Of a DNA stretch of 64,000 nt, positions 1-9,385 are shown piece by piece. Positions within the stretch are counted from its first letter, which is position 1. Each line of letters starts with the position of its first letter. Under the pieces are notes generated by a model. That model worked only from the letters and a program-made list of their open reading frames with translations, was not told where the DNA came from and did no database searches. The stretch is from Parcubacteria group bacterium (GTDB lineage Bacteria; Patescibacteriota; Patescibacteriia; UBA1558; GWA2-36-10): positions 77,768 to 141,767 of the forward strand of contig PQAE01000010.1 in NCBI GenBank assembly GCA_003104935.1. The letters run 5' to 3'. The position numbers were made by a program, and so were the translations under genes.

Positions 1-1086
1 ATATTGGTTGGAAATTTGATATTCTCCATTGATAATCGCGGCCCCGGCAGTCATCTCAATGTTGGTAAAGTTGGTCGGAGGCACCGGGCCGTCATAGCGT
101 CCGGCTACATCGCTGGGCATAATTGCTTCGGAAAAATTGATCTGCACTACCGCGTTTGGTGCTACTGTAGAGTTTGGGGACGGCATCACCGAAACCACGG
201 TAGGCGGCGTCAAATCCAAAACTGAGCTGACCGTAAAATTCCAACTATAGAGATTAGTGATCGGTACGGCATTTCTGTCAGTTTCGGTCTTGAGACCGTC
301 CAAAACCATCTTATAGCCGGTACTGGCATTATCTACTCCCAGATAAGCGGCCGGATCATTGCGGTCACCAAAAGGATCAAACTGGAAAACCTTTTTATCC
401 AGTGAATAACTAACCTTTAAATCAGCATTGGGTAAGGCCTGATTAGTAGTTAGATTAATCAGTTTTATATTAATGTTTTTAGAATCACAAAGAGTCCCCG
501 GATGGGCGCTGTCACAAAGAATAGCCGGATTGTCCACGATAAAATCCAGCTTCATCGGTTCCTTAAAGGTAACATAAATCATAGTGTTGCGCGGTATGCC
601 CGTCGCACCCCGAGCCGGATAGTGACTTTCCAAAGCTCCAGCCCCCAGACCGGCGCCGCCGCTATAGCCGGGAGGATTACCCGGCCCACCCGGCCCGCCG
701 GTAAAGAAATCGCCTCTGATTACCTGGAATATAAAAAACACCAGGCCGTAGGCCGCCAGGACTATAGCCAAGCCGATAGCGCCGTTGGTGATGATCTTTT
801 TAGCATCAGCAATCTTTTTAGCTTCGCCGCCCGAGGTCATCCATTTAAATCCGCCGTAGATCACGATGACTACTCCGATCACACCCAGAAATCCCAGGAA
901 AACATTGATAATAGTAGCGATCAACGTACGCAAATCAGTGTTGGCCAGGCGCGCCCCTTGCTGTACTAGATCATTGACGCCGTAGTATAGATCGGCGTTG
1001 TCGGCCGCCCGGGCCAAATGCGGCAACAAAAAAATAACTGCCAAAAGTAAAATAATTGTAACAGTTATCTTCCTATTCTTAAGCAT
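1..1086 (-). CDS. Secreted/membrane protein, 3'-partial (C-terminus beyond window start). N-terminal signal peptide followed by two hydrophobic helices (TrbC/VirB2 pilin-like N-terminus), then Gly/Pro-rich and Ig-like region
   Basis: Uninterrupted minus-strand reading frame from ATG at 1084-1086 to the window edge. Hand translation gives MLKNRKITVTIILLLAVIF...YGGFKWMTSGGEAKKIADAKKIITNGAIGLAIVLAAYGLVFF, verified over 781-860. The plus-strand ORFs 4-225 and 502-969 overlap it antisense and look spurious. Confidence 0.6.
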   Translation of the reverse strand, partial: MLKNRKITVTIILLLAVIFLLPHLARAADNADLYYGVNDLVQQGARLANTDLRTLIATIINVFLGFLGVIGVVIVIYGGFKWMTSGGEAKKIADAKKIITNGAIGLAIVLAAYGLVFFIFQVIRGDFFTGGPGGPGNPPGYSGGAGLGAGALESHYPARGATGIPRNTMIYVTFKEPMKLDFIVDNPAILCDSAHPGTLCDSKNINIKLINLTTNQALPNADLKVSYSLDKKVFQFDPFGDRNDPAAYLGVDNASTGYKMVLDGLKTETDRNAVPITNLYSWNFTVSSVLDLTPPTVVSVMPSPNSTVAPNAVVQINFSEAIMPSDVAGRYDGPVPPTNFTNIEMTAGAAIINGEYQISNQY

Positions 1087-1127
1087 GGTAAAAATGTTTA
1101 TTTTTTTTAATTAACTATATTTTATTT

Positions 1128-1565
1128 TCAAATTCCTAATTTTTCTTTAACCAGACGCTGAACCAGCTGTCCGTCAGCCCGACCGCGAGTCTGAGCCATC
1201 ACCTCTTTCATCACTAAACCAAAATTATTGCCTTGGCTGGCGATCGCCTCTTCTACAATTTTAACTATTTCGGCTTCGCCCAAACCGGCCGGCAAGTAAG
1301 CCGCCAAAATAGCGGCCTCGGCTTTTTCTTTGTCGGCCATTTCTTGGCGGCCGCCACTGGAAAAAGCCAGGATAGCATCCTGCCTTTTTTTCAGTTCTTT
1401 TTGGATCACAGCTAAAATATCGGACTCCTCCATAGTGCCCCGCTTGAGCTCGATAGATTTGTTTTGCAGGGCGCTTTTGAGCATACGCAAAGTACTGAGT
1501 TTGGTATCCTCCTTATTTCGCATCGCCTGCTTAAAATCTTTTTCTATATTTTCCGCCAGAGACAT
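1128..1565 (-). CDS. yqeY: GatB/YqeY domain protein
   Basis: 145 aa with YqeY-like features (MSLAENIEKDFKQAMRNK...LAAYLP...), the typical size, and typical placement next to rpsU. Confidence 0.8.
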   Translation of the reverse strand: MSLAENIEKDFKQAMRNKEDTKLSTLRMLKSALQNKSIELKRGTMEESDILAVIQKELKKRQDAILAFSSGGRQEMADKEKAEAAILAAYLPAGLGEAEIVKIVEEAIASQGNNFGLVMKEVMAQTRGRADGQLVQRLVKEKLGI

Positions 1566-1649
1566 ATAACCTTAGCTAGCTTGTTTATCAATCAATTGCC
1601 TGCTGGCAAGACAGCTGGCGTCGACCGACTGATAAACAAAGAGCGAAGA

Positions 1650-1910
1650 CTATTTTCTAACTTTATTTCCTTTACCGCGCTTAGAGAGCGTAAACTCATC
1701 TAATTTTCCTAAGCGTTTCAAGTAATCTATTTTGTTAGTTAATTTATTGCGCCGCAAAGCTGATTCTTTTAACTCCCGTTTGGTCTTTTTTTTGCCGTAG
1801 AATCGGACTTTTTTGGCCTGTAAAATTTTGCCGCTTTGGATAGTCTTTTTTGTAAATCTGCGAATAAGGGCTTCAAAGGACTCGCCGCCCTTTCTTTTGA
1901 CTTCCAACAC
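1650..1910 (-). CDS. rpsU: 30S ribosomal protein S21
   Basis: MLEVKRKGGESFEALIRRFTKK... matches the S21 N-terminus. GTG start with a GGGAGGTGA Shine-Dalgarno sequence 6 nt upstream. Basic C-terminal extension. Confidence 0.85.
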   Translation of the reverse strand: MLEVKRKGGESFEALIRRFTKKTIQSGKILQAKKVRFYGKKKTKRELKESALRRNKLTNKIDYLKRLGKLDEFTLSKRGKGNKVRK

Positions 1911-2032
1911 AGTGTTTCACCTCCCGTTCTTTACTAATAATTAAATTAATATTTTTGACAAGCTTTTTAGCTTATTCTTCCCTCTAATAATGACAAATTT
2001 AAGGGACAAAGTCAAGACTTTTTGTCCCGACT

Positions 2033-3361
2033 TTAGACCACGGGCGGTTTGGTCCTGATTTTCAGACTGCGCATAACCTGGCTACTCAGCCGTTTGCGCA
2101 CCTCGGCCTTTATTTTATTAAAATCAACTGTCTCCTGTATGCCGTTTTCCATATCTCTAATAAGTACCGTGCCGTCAGCAATCTCTTTCTGGCCTAAAAT
2201 CAAAGTATATTTGGCATGTTTTTTGCTGGCTACTTCCAATTGGTCTTTCAGGCCCTTTTTGGAGATATTTTCCGCCAGGGAAAATCCGTCCCGGCGCAAA
2301 TCTTCAAATAGTCGCAAAGATTTCTTGCGCGCCTCCACTCCCAGTTGGGCGATATAGAGATCACAATATTTTTCCTTATCAATTTTAATCTGTTTTTCCT
2401 GCATCAAAGCCACTATTCTCTCAATACCCATGGCAAATCCTACCGCCGGCGTAGGACGTCCTCCCAGGAGCTCGACCAGATCGTCAAAACGTCCGCCGCC
2501 GCCCAGAGCACTAGCTTTGCCCTCAGCGCCAGCTTCCACAATTTCCCAGGCGGTCTTGGTATAGTAATCCAGGCCACGAACTATGCGGGAATTAAGATTA
2601 TACTTAATGTCAACTTCTTCCAAATATTCTAAAACGGACATCAGATGATTTTTGCACTCCTCGCAGAGATGATCGACAAATTGCGGAGACTGCTCAGCTA
2701 ATTCCTGACAACGTTTATTTTTGCAATCCAAAAGACGTAGGGTGTTTTTATTTAGCCTTTCCTGGCAATCGCTACAAAGATCTTTCTTATAATCCTGATA
2801 ATAATGTCGCAGAGTTTTCAAATAATTTGGCCGGCAATTACTATCCCCTACGCTATTAATTTGCACCTCTACCTCCAGACCCAGGTCAGTCAGAAAATTA
2901 TGCGACATGATAATCAGCTGAGCGTCAATCACCGGATCCTTATCGCCGATAGCTTCAAAACCAAATTGCCAAAACTGGCGATAACGGCCGGCCTGCGGAT
3001 TGTCATGGCGAAACTGCGGCGCCAGGTAATAGACTTTGACCGGCTGGGGCTGATTGACCATGCCGTGCTCGATGTAGCTACGCGCCACCCCGGCGGTGTT
3101 TTCCGGGCGCAAAGACAACTTATCGCCCCCGGCCGTGACAAAAGAATACATTTCTTTAGAAACAATATCGGTCGCTTCACCGACTGTTCTTTTAAACAGA
3201 TTGGTAAATTCTAAAACCGGCGTGTCCAGACGGGCAAATCCGTAGTTGGCACCCATGAGATCCACATTGTGCCGGATCAGCTCCCAGTAGGGTTGTTCTT
3301 CGGGCAAAATATCTTTCATGCCCTTGACCAGCTGAAACTGCATCTTTTTTGCTTTACTCAT
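2033..3361 (-). CDS. hisS: Histidyl-tRNA synthetase
   Basis: Class II aaRS motifs, GGGGRFDDLVELLGG, 442 aa, with a Cys-rich insertion. Confidence 0.9.
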   Translation of the reverse strand: MSKAKKMQFQLVKGMKDILPEEQPYWELIRHNVDLMGANYGFARLDTPVLEFTNLFKRTVGEATDIVSKEMYSFVTAGGDKLSLRPENTAGVARSYIEHGMVNQPQPVKVYYLAPQFRHDNPQAGRYRQFWQFGFEAIGDKDPVIDAQLIIMSHNFLTDLGLEVEVQINSVGDSNCRPNYLKTLRHYYQDYKKDLCSDCQERLNKNTLRLLDCKNKRCQELAEQSPQFVDHLCEECKNHLMSVLEYLEEVDIKYNLNSRIVRGLDYYTKTAWEIVEAGAEGKASALGGGGRFDDLVELLGGRPTPAVGFAMGIERIVALMQEKQIKIDKEKYCDLYIAQLGVEARKKSLRLFEDLRRDGFSLAENISKKGLKDQLEVASKKHAKYTLILGQKEIADGTVLIRDMENGIQETVDFNKIKAEVRKRLSSQVMRSLKIRTKPPVV

Positions 3362-3390
3362 AAATATAGTTTGATATTACTCGCTTAATT

Positions 3391-4005
3391 TTAGTAGCTG
3401 GGTAGATTAAAGGTGCTGATGCGGTCAGCCGGCCAACCCCGGAACCAGACCTTGCCGATTATTCGGTCTTTGTTAATCGCTCCAAATTTACGAGAGTCGT
3501 GGCTATTAGTACGATTATCGCCGAGCACATAATATTCACTAGCTTTTAAGGTAATCGCGGCTATATTGTCGTTGGAAAACTTGGCAACATAGGTTTCTTT
3601 GAGCTCCTGACCGTTGACATAAATATGCCCGGAGCGCACTTCCACTTCTTCTCCCGGCAAGCCGATGATGCGCTTGATATAATAGACCCGATCATCAGCC
3701 GGACTTTTAAAAATCACCACCTCGCCTCTTTGGGGCTGATCAAAACGGTAAGATATTTCATTGATGATCAGATATTCCTTGTCGTGAAAATTCGGCTCCA
3801 TGGAAGCCCCCTCCACATAAAAAGGCTGGACTAAAAAAAGCCGGATGGGCACGATGATGGCCAGTGAAATCAAAACTACTTTGACCACCTCAAAAACTAA
3901 AAGGCCCAGTTTCTTGGCCCAGTTATCGGAAGCCACCTGGCCGGCGTCAAATTTGTCTAAGTCTAAATCCTTGTCTGACAGTCCTGGTTTTTGTTTTAAA
4001 TCCAT
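3391..4005 (-). CDS. lepB: Signal peptidase I (S26 family)
   Basis: N-terminal TM segment, GASMEPNF with the catalytic Ser, the RIIGLPGE box and the GDNRTNSHDSR box. Confidence 0.85.
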   Translation of the reverse strand: MDLKQKPGLSDKDLDLDKFDAGQVASDNWAKKLGLLVFEVVKVVLISLAIIVPIRLFLVQPFYVEGASMEPNFHDKEYLIINEISYRFDQPQRGEVVIFKSPADDRVYYIKRIIGLPGEEVEVRSGHIYVNGQELKETYVAKFSNDNIAAITLKASEYYVLGDNRTNSHDSRKFGAINKDRIIGKVWFRGWPADRISTFNLPSY

Positions 4006-4127
4006 ATTTAATTAGTAAAAATTAGCCAATAATATCAGTATTATACACAATCAAAGCTCTAAAATCAAATGATAAAGGGGGGACGGATCGACCCAAAAAA
4101 AGCCTAAGTGCCGGACACGGAAAATCA

Positions 4128-4156
4128 TTGACTAATAGCCCCTGAACTTGTATAAT
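4128..4156 (+). promoter_or_regulatory. Sigma70-type promoter, TTGACT-N17-TATAAT, upstream of the LCP gene
   Basis: Exact hexamers at 4128-4133 and 4151-4156 with a 17-nt spacer. A second TGcTATACT-like box lies at about 4186-4194. Confidence 0.55.
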
Positions 4157-4201
4157 CTAATAACGTTTATTAAGTAATTCCGCTTGTGCTATACTAGAAT
4201 C

Positions 4202-5770
4202 ATGTCGCCAGATTTTTATAAAAGACAAGTTAACCTGCTGGATGAAAACCAGCCGGCAAGTCCCAGCGCTGTGGGTCAGACCCGCGCCCTAGCGGACAGC
4301 GACCACGCTGAACCGGCCCGGCCAAAAACAAGAAAGAGATCGTCCAAAAAAAGGCTCTCTCTCTTTTTCGTTATACTGATCATAATCTTCAGCGTCATCA
4401 CCAGCATTCTTGCGGCGGATAACAATAGTTTTTTTTCCGGCGTAAAAAATAGCTATATCGTCCGGCAGATAATTAACATCGTCAATCCCGGTGAAAAATA
4501 TCTGGCCGGCGAAAAAGAAGACCGGATAAATTTTTTGCTGATGGGCATGGGCGGGCCCGGTCATCAGGGACCATTGCTGACCGACACCATGGTCATCGCC
4601 AGTTTCCAGCCCTCCACGAAGAGAGCGGCTTTATTTTCTATACCGCGCGACATGATCGCGCCGCTAGGCTCCGGAGATTACCGCAAAATTAATTCTATTT
4701 ACAGCGTCGGCGAAGATCGAGGCGAGGGTCAGGGCGGGCTCTTGGCCAAAGAAGTTGTCGGCCGGACTTTTGACATTCCCATTCATTATTATGCCGCCCT
4801 GGATTTTAACGGTTTTGTGGAAGTGATCGACGCTATCGGCGGCGTCAAGGTCGATGTGGAAAAAAGCTTTACTGATAATCAGTTTCCTACCGAGGACTAC
4901 AAATATCAGGAAATCTCCTTTAAAGCTGGCTCACAAAAAATGGACGGACTGACGGCACTGCGTTTTGCCCGTTCCCGCCACGGCAACAACGGCGAAGGCT
5001 CTGATTTTGCCCGCATCAAAAGGCAACAAAAAATTATTATGGCCGCCAAGGACAAGCTAACCTCCTTTAATACCCTGATTAATCCCCAGCGTATCACCAG
5101 TCTCTATAATCTGTTTAATAAATACACCAAAACCGATTTGGAGCCCTGGGAAGCGGTCAAACTAATTCACTTGGCCAAAAGTCTGGACACCCAAAAGATA
5201 ATTACCCAGTCCATCGATGACCGGCCCGGCAATTACCTCAAAGCCGGCATCACAGCCGAGGGGGCCTTTATCCTCCAACCGATCTCCGGAAATTATCAAA
5301 ACATCCAGATGCTGATAAAAAATATCTTTAATATCCAGGATCTGGCTTCGGAAAATGCCAAGATTGTCGTCCAAAACGGCACTAAATCTCCCGGCCTGGC
5401 CCTACAGGCCGTCAATCACCTCAACCAGGTGGGCTATAATGTCCTGCGCTACGGCAATTCTACCGAGCAAGACAAATTAAGCACGGTGATATATAATTAT
5501 AATGATAAAAAGCCAAAAACTCTGGCGTCGCTGGAAGCTATTTTTCAGACCAAAGCCGAGGGCAAAGTGCCGTTGGAATACAGCAGTCCGGTAGTCAGCC
5601 AGAAATGGGATATCCGCGATGAGCACGGCAACTACCTGGATTTGGACTTTCTGATTATTCTCGGTGCGGACCAGGATATAATGCCCGATACGGAAATCAT
5701 CAAAACCATCGACCCCAGCCTGCTCGGCGCTACCAGTAGTACCAGTACTATCAATATAATCGGTAACTAA
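4202..5770 (+). CDS. LytR-CpsA-Psr (LCP) family cell-envelope phosphotransferase with C-terminal LytR_C-like domain
   Basis: N-terminal TM anchor, then LLMGMGGPG...DTMVIAS...IPRDM...GFVEVIDAIGGVKVDV...LRFARSRH. The ORF track begins at a TTG (4184), but the ATG at 4202 is the likelier start. Confidence 0.8.
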   Translation: MSPDFYKRQVNLLDENQPASPSAVGQTRALADSDHAEPARPKTRKRSSKKRLSLFFVILIIIFSVITSILAADNNSFFSGVKNSYIVRQIINIVNPGEKYLAGEKEDRINFLLMGMGGPGHQGPLLTDTMVIASFQPSTKRAALFSIPRDMIAPLGSGDYRKINSIYSVGEDRGEGQGGLLAKEVVGRTFDIPIHYYAALDFNGFVEVIDAIGGVKVDVEKSFTDNQFPTEDYKYQEISFKAGSQKMDGLTALRFARSRHGNNGEGSDFARIKRQQKIIMAAKDKLTSFNTLINPQRITSLYNLFNKYTKTDLEPWEAVKLIHLAKSLDTQKIITQSIDDRPGNYLKAGITAEGAFILQPISGNYQNIQMLIKNIFNIQDLASENAKIVVQNGTKSPGLALQAVNHLNQVGYNVLRYGNSTEQDKLSTVIYNYNDKKPKTLASLEAIFQTKAEGKVPLEYSSPVVSQKWDIRDEHGNYLDLDFLIILGADQDIMPDTEIIKTIDPSLLGATSSTSTINIIGN

Positions 5771-5771
5771 G

Positions 5772-7124
5772 ATGGCCGCTCCCATATATAAAGTAGCTAT
5801 AGTCGGCCGAGCCAATGTCGGCAAATCAACTCTTTTTAATCGCCTGATTTCAGAAAAAAAGGCGATTATTTCCGATATTGCCGGCACCACCCGGGACAGA
5901 AACTATGCCGTCTGTCACTGGCGCGACTTAGAATTTTATTTGATCGACACCGGCGGCATGGGAGAAAAATCAAAAGACATCATCAACCAACAGGTCAGCA
6001 CGCAGGCTATCCAGGCCATGGCCGAAGCCGATCTGATATTATTTGTAGTGGATGTACGGGTAGGAGCAACGACTGAAGATAGAATATTAGCCAAGTCTGT
6101 CAACCGGCATAAAACACCAAAAATTCTAGTAATTAATAAGGTAGATAACAACCGCTGGCGGCAAAACAATGATGATTTTTACCGTCTCGGTCTGGAGAAT
6201 CAGGCTTTGGTCTCGGCGGCTAACGGTGTCGGCACCGGCGATCTGCTCGATCAGGTCGTGACCGCCCTAAAAAAAATAAAGAAAAAAAAGTCTAAAAAAA
6301 ATGGCGAGGAAAACATCCGGACCATCAAGGTGTCGGTTGTCGGCCGGCCTAATGTGGGCAAGTCATCGCTAATCAATACTATCCTGGGTGAACCGCGGCT
6401 GATCGTTTCGGACCAGCCGCATACTACGCGCGATTCCCAAGAAATTATTATCACACATAATAAGAATAAGATCATTTTGGTGGATACGGCGGGCATACGC
6501 CGCTGTAGCAAAAAATCCGGCGACGATTTTGAAAAAATGGCCGTGGAACAAAGCTTGGAAAATGTCTGGCGATCAGATATTACCATCTTAGTCACCGACG
6601 TCAGCGAGCCGCTGACCTGGCAAGACAAGCATATTATTGACGAGGTTATCCAACAGCACAACGGCCTGATTATCCTGGCCAATAAATGGGATTTGGTGAA
6701 AAATAAAGATACCAAAGAATACACCAATTATTACCGAGAATTTTTTGGTTTTGCCCGCTGGGCGCCGATTGTCTTCACTTCCACAGTAAAAAAATTAAAA
6801 ATCGGCGAGCTATTGGATTTACTGGTCTTAATTTATCAGGAAAAACACCGGGTGATCACGGACAATGCCCTGAGCAAACTGCTGGCCGACACTATCCGCC
6901 GGCACAAGCCGACCAAGGGCGCCGGCACTAAACATCCCTATATTTATAATCTCAAGCAAACCCGCACCAATCCCCCGGAGTTTATGATCAAGATTAATTT
7001 CAAAGCTATTCTGCACGAATCCTATCTTAAATTTATCGAAAATAACATGCGCTATAAATTCGGCTTTATTGGCGTACCGATTAAAATCCGAGTGGCCAAA
7101 AGCCAAAATTTACAAGATAAATAA
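5772..7124 (+). CDS. der: Ribosome-associated GTPase Der/EngA (tandem GTPase domains)
   Basis: Two G-domains (GRANVGKSTLFNRL...DTGG and GRPNVGKSSLIN...DTAG) followed by a KH-like C-terminus. Confidence 0.9.
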   Translation: MAAPIYKVAIVGRANVGKSTLFNRLISEKKAIISDIAGTTRDRNYAVCHWRDLEFYLIDTGGMGEKSKDIINQQVSTQAIQAMAEADLILFVVDVRVGATTEDRILAKSVNRHKTPKILVINKVDNNRWRQNNDDFYRLGLENQALVSAANGVGTGDLLDQVVTALKKIKKKKSKKNGEENIRTIKVSVVGRPNVGKSSLINTILGEPRLIVSDQPHTTRDSQEIIITHNKNKIILVDTAGIRRCSKKSGDDFEKMAVEQSLENVWRSDITILVTDVSEPLTWQDKHIIDEVIQQHNGLIILANKWDLVKNKDTKEYTNYYREFFGFARWAPIVFTSTVKKLKIGELLDLLVLIYQEKHRVITDNALSKLLADTIRRHKPTKGAGTKHPYIYNLKQTRTNPPEFMIKINFKAILHESYLKFIENNMRYKFGFIGVPIKIRVAKSQNLQDK

Positions 7125-7128
7125 AAAT

Positions 7129-7698
7129 ATGCGACTAATTATCGGTTTGGGTAATCCCGGCGAAAAGTATGCCGGCACTCGCCACAACTTTGGGCAGATG
7201 GTGGTAGATTTTCTGGCCAGTAAAAAACAAATTAGCTGGCACAAAGACAAGGCCCTGCAAGCGCAAACAGCGGATTTTCGCAATGGCACGGAAAAAATTA
7301 TTTTAGCCAAAACTGAGACTTTTATGAATGAAAGCGGCCAGGCCGTCCAGCTCTTAAAAAAATACTATAAATTGCCCAACAATAAAATAATTGTGATTTA
7401 TGATGATATTGATTTGCCGCTGGGTAAAATACGACTATCCAAAGGACGCGGCGCCGGCGGACATAAGGGCGTAGAATCCATCATCGCCTATCTGCATTCC
7501 AAGGACTTTAAACGCCTCAGACTGGGCATCGCTCCCCAGCTGGGACCAGCCGAGGATTTTGTGCTCAAGAAATTCGGCGCGGAAGAAAAAAATAAAGTGC
7601 CGGAAATCATCGACACTTGTCACCTGGTCATAGAATATATACTGAAAAATAACTTTGATCTAGCCGCTAATAAATACAACGAAAAATCTCCTGAATAA
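7129..7698 (+). CDS. pth: Peptidyl-tRNA hydrolase
   Basis: MRLIIGLGNPGEKYAGTRHNFG is the canonical Pth N-terminus. Start placed at the internal ATG 7129, immediately after the der stop. Confidence 0.9.
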   Translation: MRLIIGLGNPGEKYAGTRHNFGQMVVDFLASKKQISWHKDKALQAQTADFRNGTEKIILAKTETFMNESGQAVQLLKKYYKLPNNKIIVIYDDIDLPLGKIRLSKGRGAGGHKGVESIIAYLHSKDFKRLRLGIAPQLGPAEDFVLKKFGAEEKNKVPEIIDTCHLVIEYILKNNFDLAANKYNEKSPE

Positions 7699-7718
7699 TT
7701 TTCTTCGTTGAAGTCGCG

Positions 7719-7975
7719 CCTGGCGCGACAAAATCGAGAAATTAAACAGTTCTCGACTGCGCCGCGTCCTATGCGGCTATGCTCGAACAAAAAAATATTT
7801 TGGGGATTTTTCATCCTGCGTCTCCCGCGAAAGCGGGAGTCCAGAATAGCTCATTTACGCTGGACCCCTGCTTTCACAGGGACTCAATTTTTGCTTTTCT
7901 GGAGCGAAGTCGCGTCAGACGCGACGAGCGATAGAAACTCAGATTCTATCGTCGCGCTCAGCGCGACTCCAGAAT
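7719..7975. other. Cluster of at least 8 GC-rich hairpins in a ~260-nt intergenic region; candidate structured ncRNA or decayed repeat array
   Basis: Three near-identical 17-nt hairpins GTCGCG-N3-5-CGCGAC at 7722, 7903 and 7946. Further hairpins TCGAGAA..TTCTCGA, GCCGC..GCGGC, TCCCGC-GAAA-GCGGGA, CCCTG..CAGGG and CGATAGA..TCTATCG. Duplicated unit GAAGTCGCG...TCCAGAATA. Confidence 0.4.
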
Positions 7976-7987
7976 AACGATAATAAT

Positions 7988-8446
7988 TTAGCCTAAGAAA
8001 CCGAAATCCAAACCCAGATAATGAATAACCACCAGTAAAATAAAAAGCAAACGTAAAGGTAGGACAAAATGAATCTTAGTGCGCCAACTTATATAGGTCA
8101 GGAAAATATTAATTAAAAAAAGATAAAACCAAGGAAAGAAAAAAAGCGAACTCAAAACTAATTCGCTTAAGCGGTCACAGAGAGAGTCAATCCGGTAGCC
8201 GCGGATACTTTCACGGTGATAGTGCCTGGCCACTAGCCCGTCCAGCCAGTCAAAGAAAATAGAAATGCCGACCAGTAGAGCGGCCAGCCAAAGATGCCTG
8301 GGCCAAATATAAATCATTATCACTACTACGATCGAGGCAAACGAAATAATGGCCGGATTAATATTGGGCAAAGGAAAAACCGCTAAAGCATCTAAATGCC
8401 GGCGGCCGGTTACTACCCAGGACATTTTGGTAACATCTCTTGGCAT
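7988..8446 (-). CDS. CDP-alcohol phosphatidyltransferase family protein (short form)
   Basis: DWLDGLVARHYHRESIRGYRIDSLCDRLSE fits the D-G-x2-A-R...G-x3-D-x3-D motif, and the protein has multiple TM segments. Confidence 0.65.
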   Translation of the reverse strand: MPRDVTKMSWVVTGRRHLDALAVFPLPNINPAIISFASIVVVIMIYIWPRHLWLAALLVGISIFFDWLDGLVARHYHRESIRGYRIDSLCDRLSELVLSSLFFFPWFYLFLINIFLTYISWRTKIHFVLPLRLLFILLVVIHYLGLDFGFLG

Positions 8447-8540
8447 AGTCAGATTGACTATAATCTATCATATTGTGGTCAATTTTTCAATTCAAAAAAC
8501 CACTCCCTATGGAATGGCTTTTTGCTCAAAATATTATTAA

Positions 8541-8584
8541 CCCCTTCGCTCTTCCTCTTGATAAAGGGGAAGATGGGAGGGGGT
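8541..8584. repeat. C-run/G-run hairpin element, copy 1 of 5
   Basis: CCCCTTCGCTCTTCCTCTTGATAAAGGGGAAGATGGGAGGGGG, about 95 nt upstream of the 7988-8446 gene start. Confidence 0.5.
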
Positions 8585-8606
8585 ATTAAAAAAGCTGTTT
8601 TAATTC

Positions 8607-9293
8607 CTATAAGTATTTTTTTAAAAAATCTTCCCGCCTCATAGTGGCTAGCGAGATCCCTCTAGGGTCGTCGCCAAAATTTCTTTTTCTTGTTTCCTCG
8701 TCAACCTGGCCTTCCACTTTAAAACCTAAGCGTTCTACTAAACGCGGGTGGCTGGCCACTATCCATGAAGTTCCGACGATATTCTTAATATCCATATTTT
8801 GATCAATTACTTTGGCGACGGCATGAAGACCCTCTCTTAACAATCTTAATTTATCTTTGGTAGCAGTCGTTTCATTTGGCGGTACATGAATATGTAGGCT
8901 GTCCCCTGCTATATTATAAGCCAAAAATTCATTGATACTGGTCATCTCTCCAAATTCTACAAAAACTCTTCGCGAGACTCTTTCAAAATCTGCCGGCCGA
9001 TCATATTTTGTCTGCACAACCGGTTCTAAAATCCCCAAGACTCCCTGTATAAATTGTTCTTTGTCTTCTTCTGTAGCCATATCGTCAATCTTGGTCATTA
9101 AATCCTCTTCCGACTGATTATAAAACTCTTTAAAAAATAAAATGCGCTGTTTTACGTCTTCAGCACGACCGAAACCATTGTCATGACTATCAAATATAAT
9201 TCCTATCCCTCTCCTTAAGCGGTCTGCAAACTCCGCCTTTTCCTGCTCTGACTTATTGATGGGCGATTGTTCTATGGGGTTTTCCGGGTTCAT
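8607..9293 (-). CDS. Hypothetical protein, no recognisable family
   Basis: 228-aa ORF with acidic, Glu/Asp-rich stretches. Placed with tidy spacing between neighbouring genes. Confidence 0.5.
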   Translation of the reverse strand: MNPENPIEQSPINKSEQEKAEFADRLRRGIGIIFDSHDNGFGRAEDVKQRILFFKEFYNQSEEDLMTKIDDMATEEDKEQFIQGVLGILEPVVQTKYDRPADFERVSRRVFVEFGEMTSINEFLAYNIAGDSLHIHVPPNETTATKDKLRLLREGLHAVAKVIDQNMDIKNIVGTSWIVASHPRLVERLGFKVEGQVDEETRKRNFGDDPRGISLATMRREDFLKKYL

Positions 9294-9385
9294 AAATTTA
9301 TAATTTTAAGGCTTTTTTAGTATAGCACAAAAAATGTAAAACAAAAGAGCCCGGCCTTACAGTCGGACTTCTTTTTAAATACTAA

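Noticed and set aside
4-969. Plus-strand ORFs 4-225 and 502-969
   Set aside because: They lie antisense to a continuous, verified minus-strand reading frame with signal peptide and TM features. Their translations are low-complexity and Arg/Gly/Pro-rich, typical of out-of-frame artefacts.
7719-7975. Possible CRISPR array in the hairpin cluster
   Set aside because: Repeat units are palindromic but irregular in spacing and length (17-nt stems at 7722, 7903 and 7946 only). There is no uniform repeat-spacer periodicity and no cas genes nearby.
7699-7980. RNase P RNA, tmRNA or SRP RNA in the structured spacer
   Set aside because: Partial resemblance (GAAAGCGGGAGUCC versus the P4 GGAAAGUCCGG box) is too weak. 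Other universally conserved boxes are absent and the length is too short.
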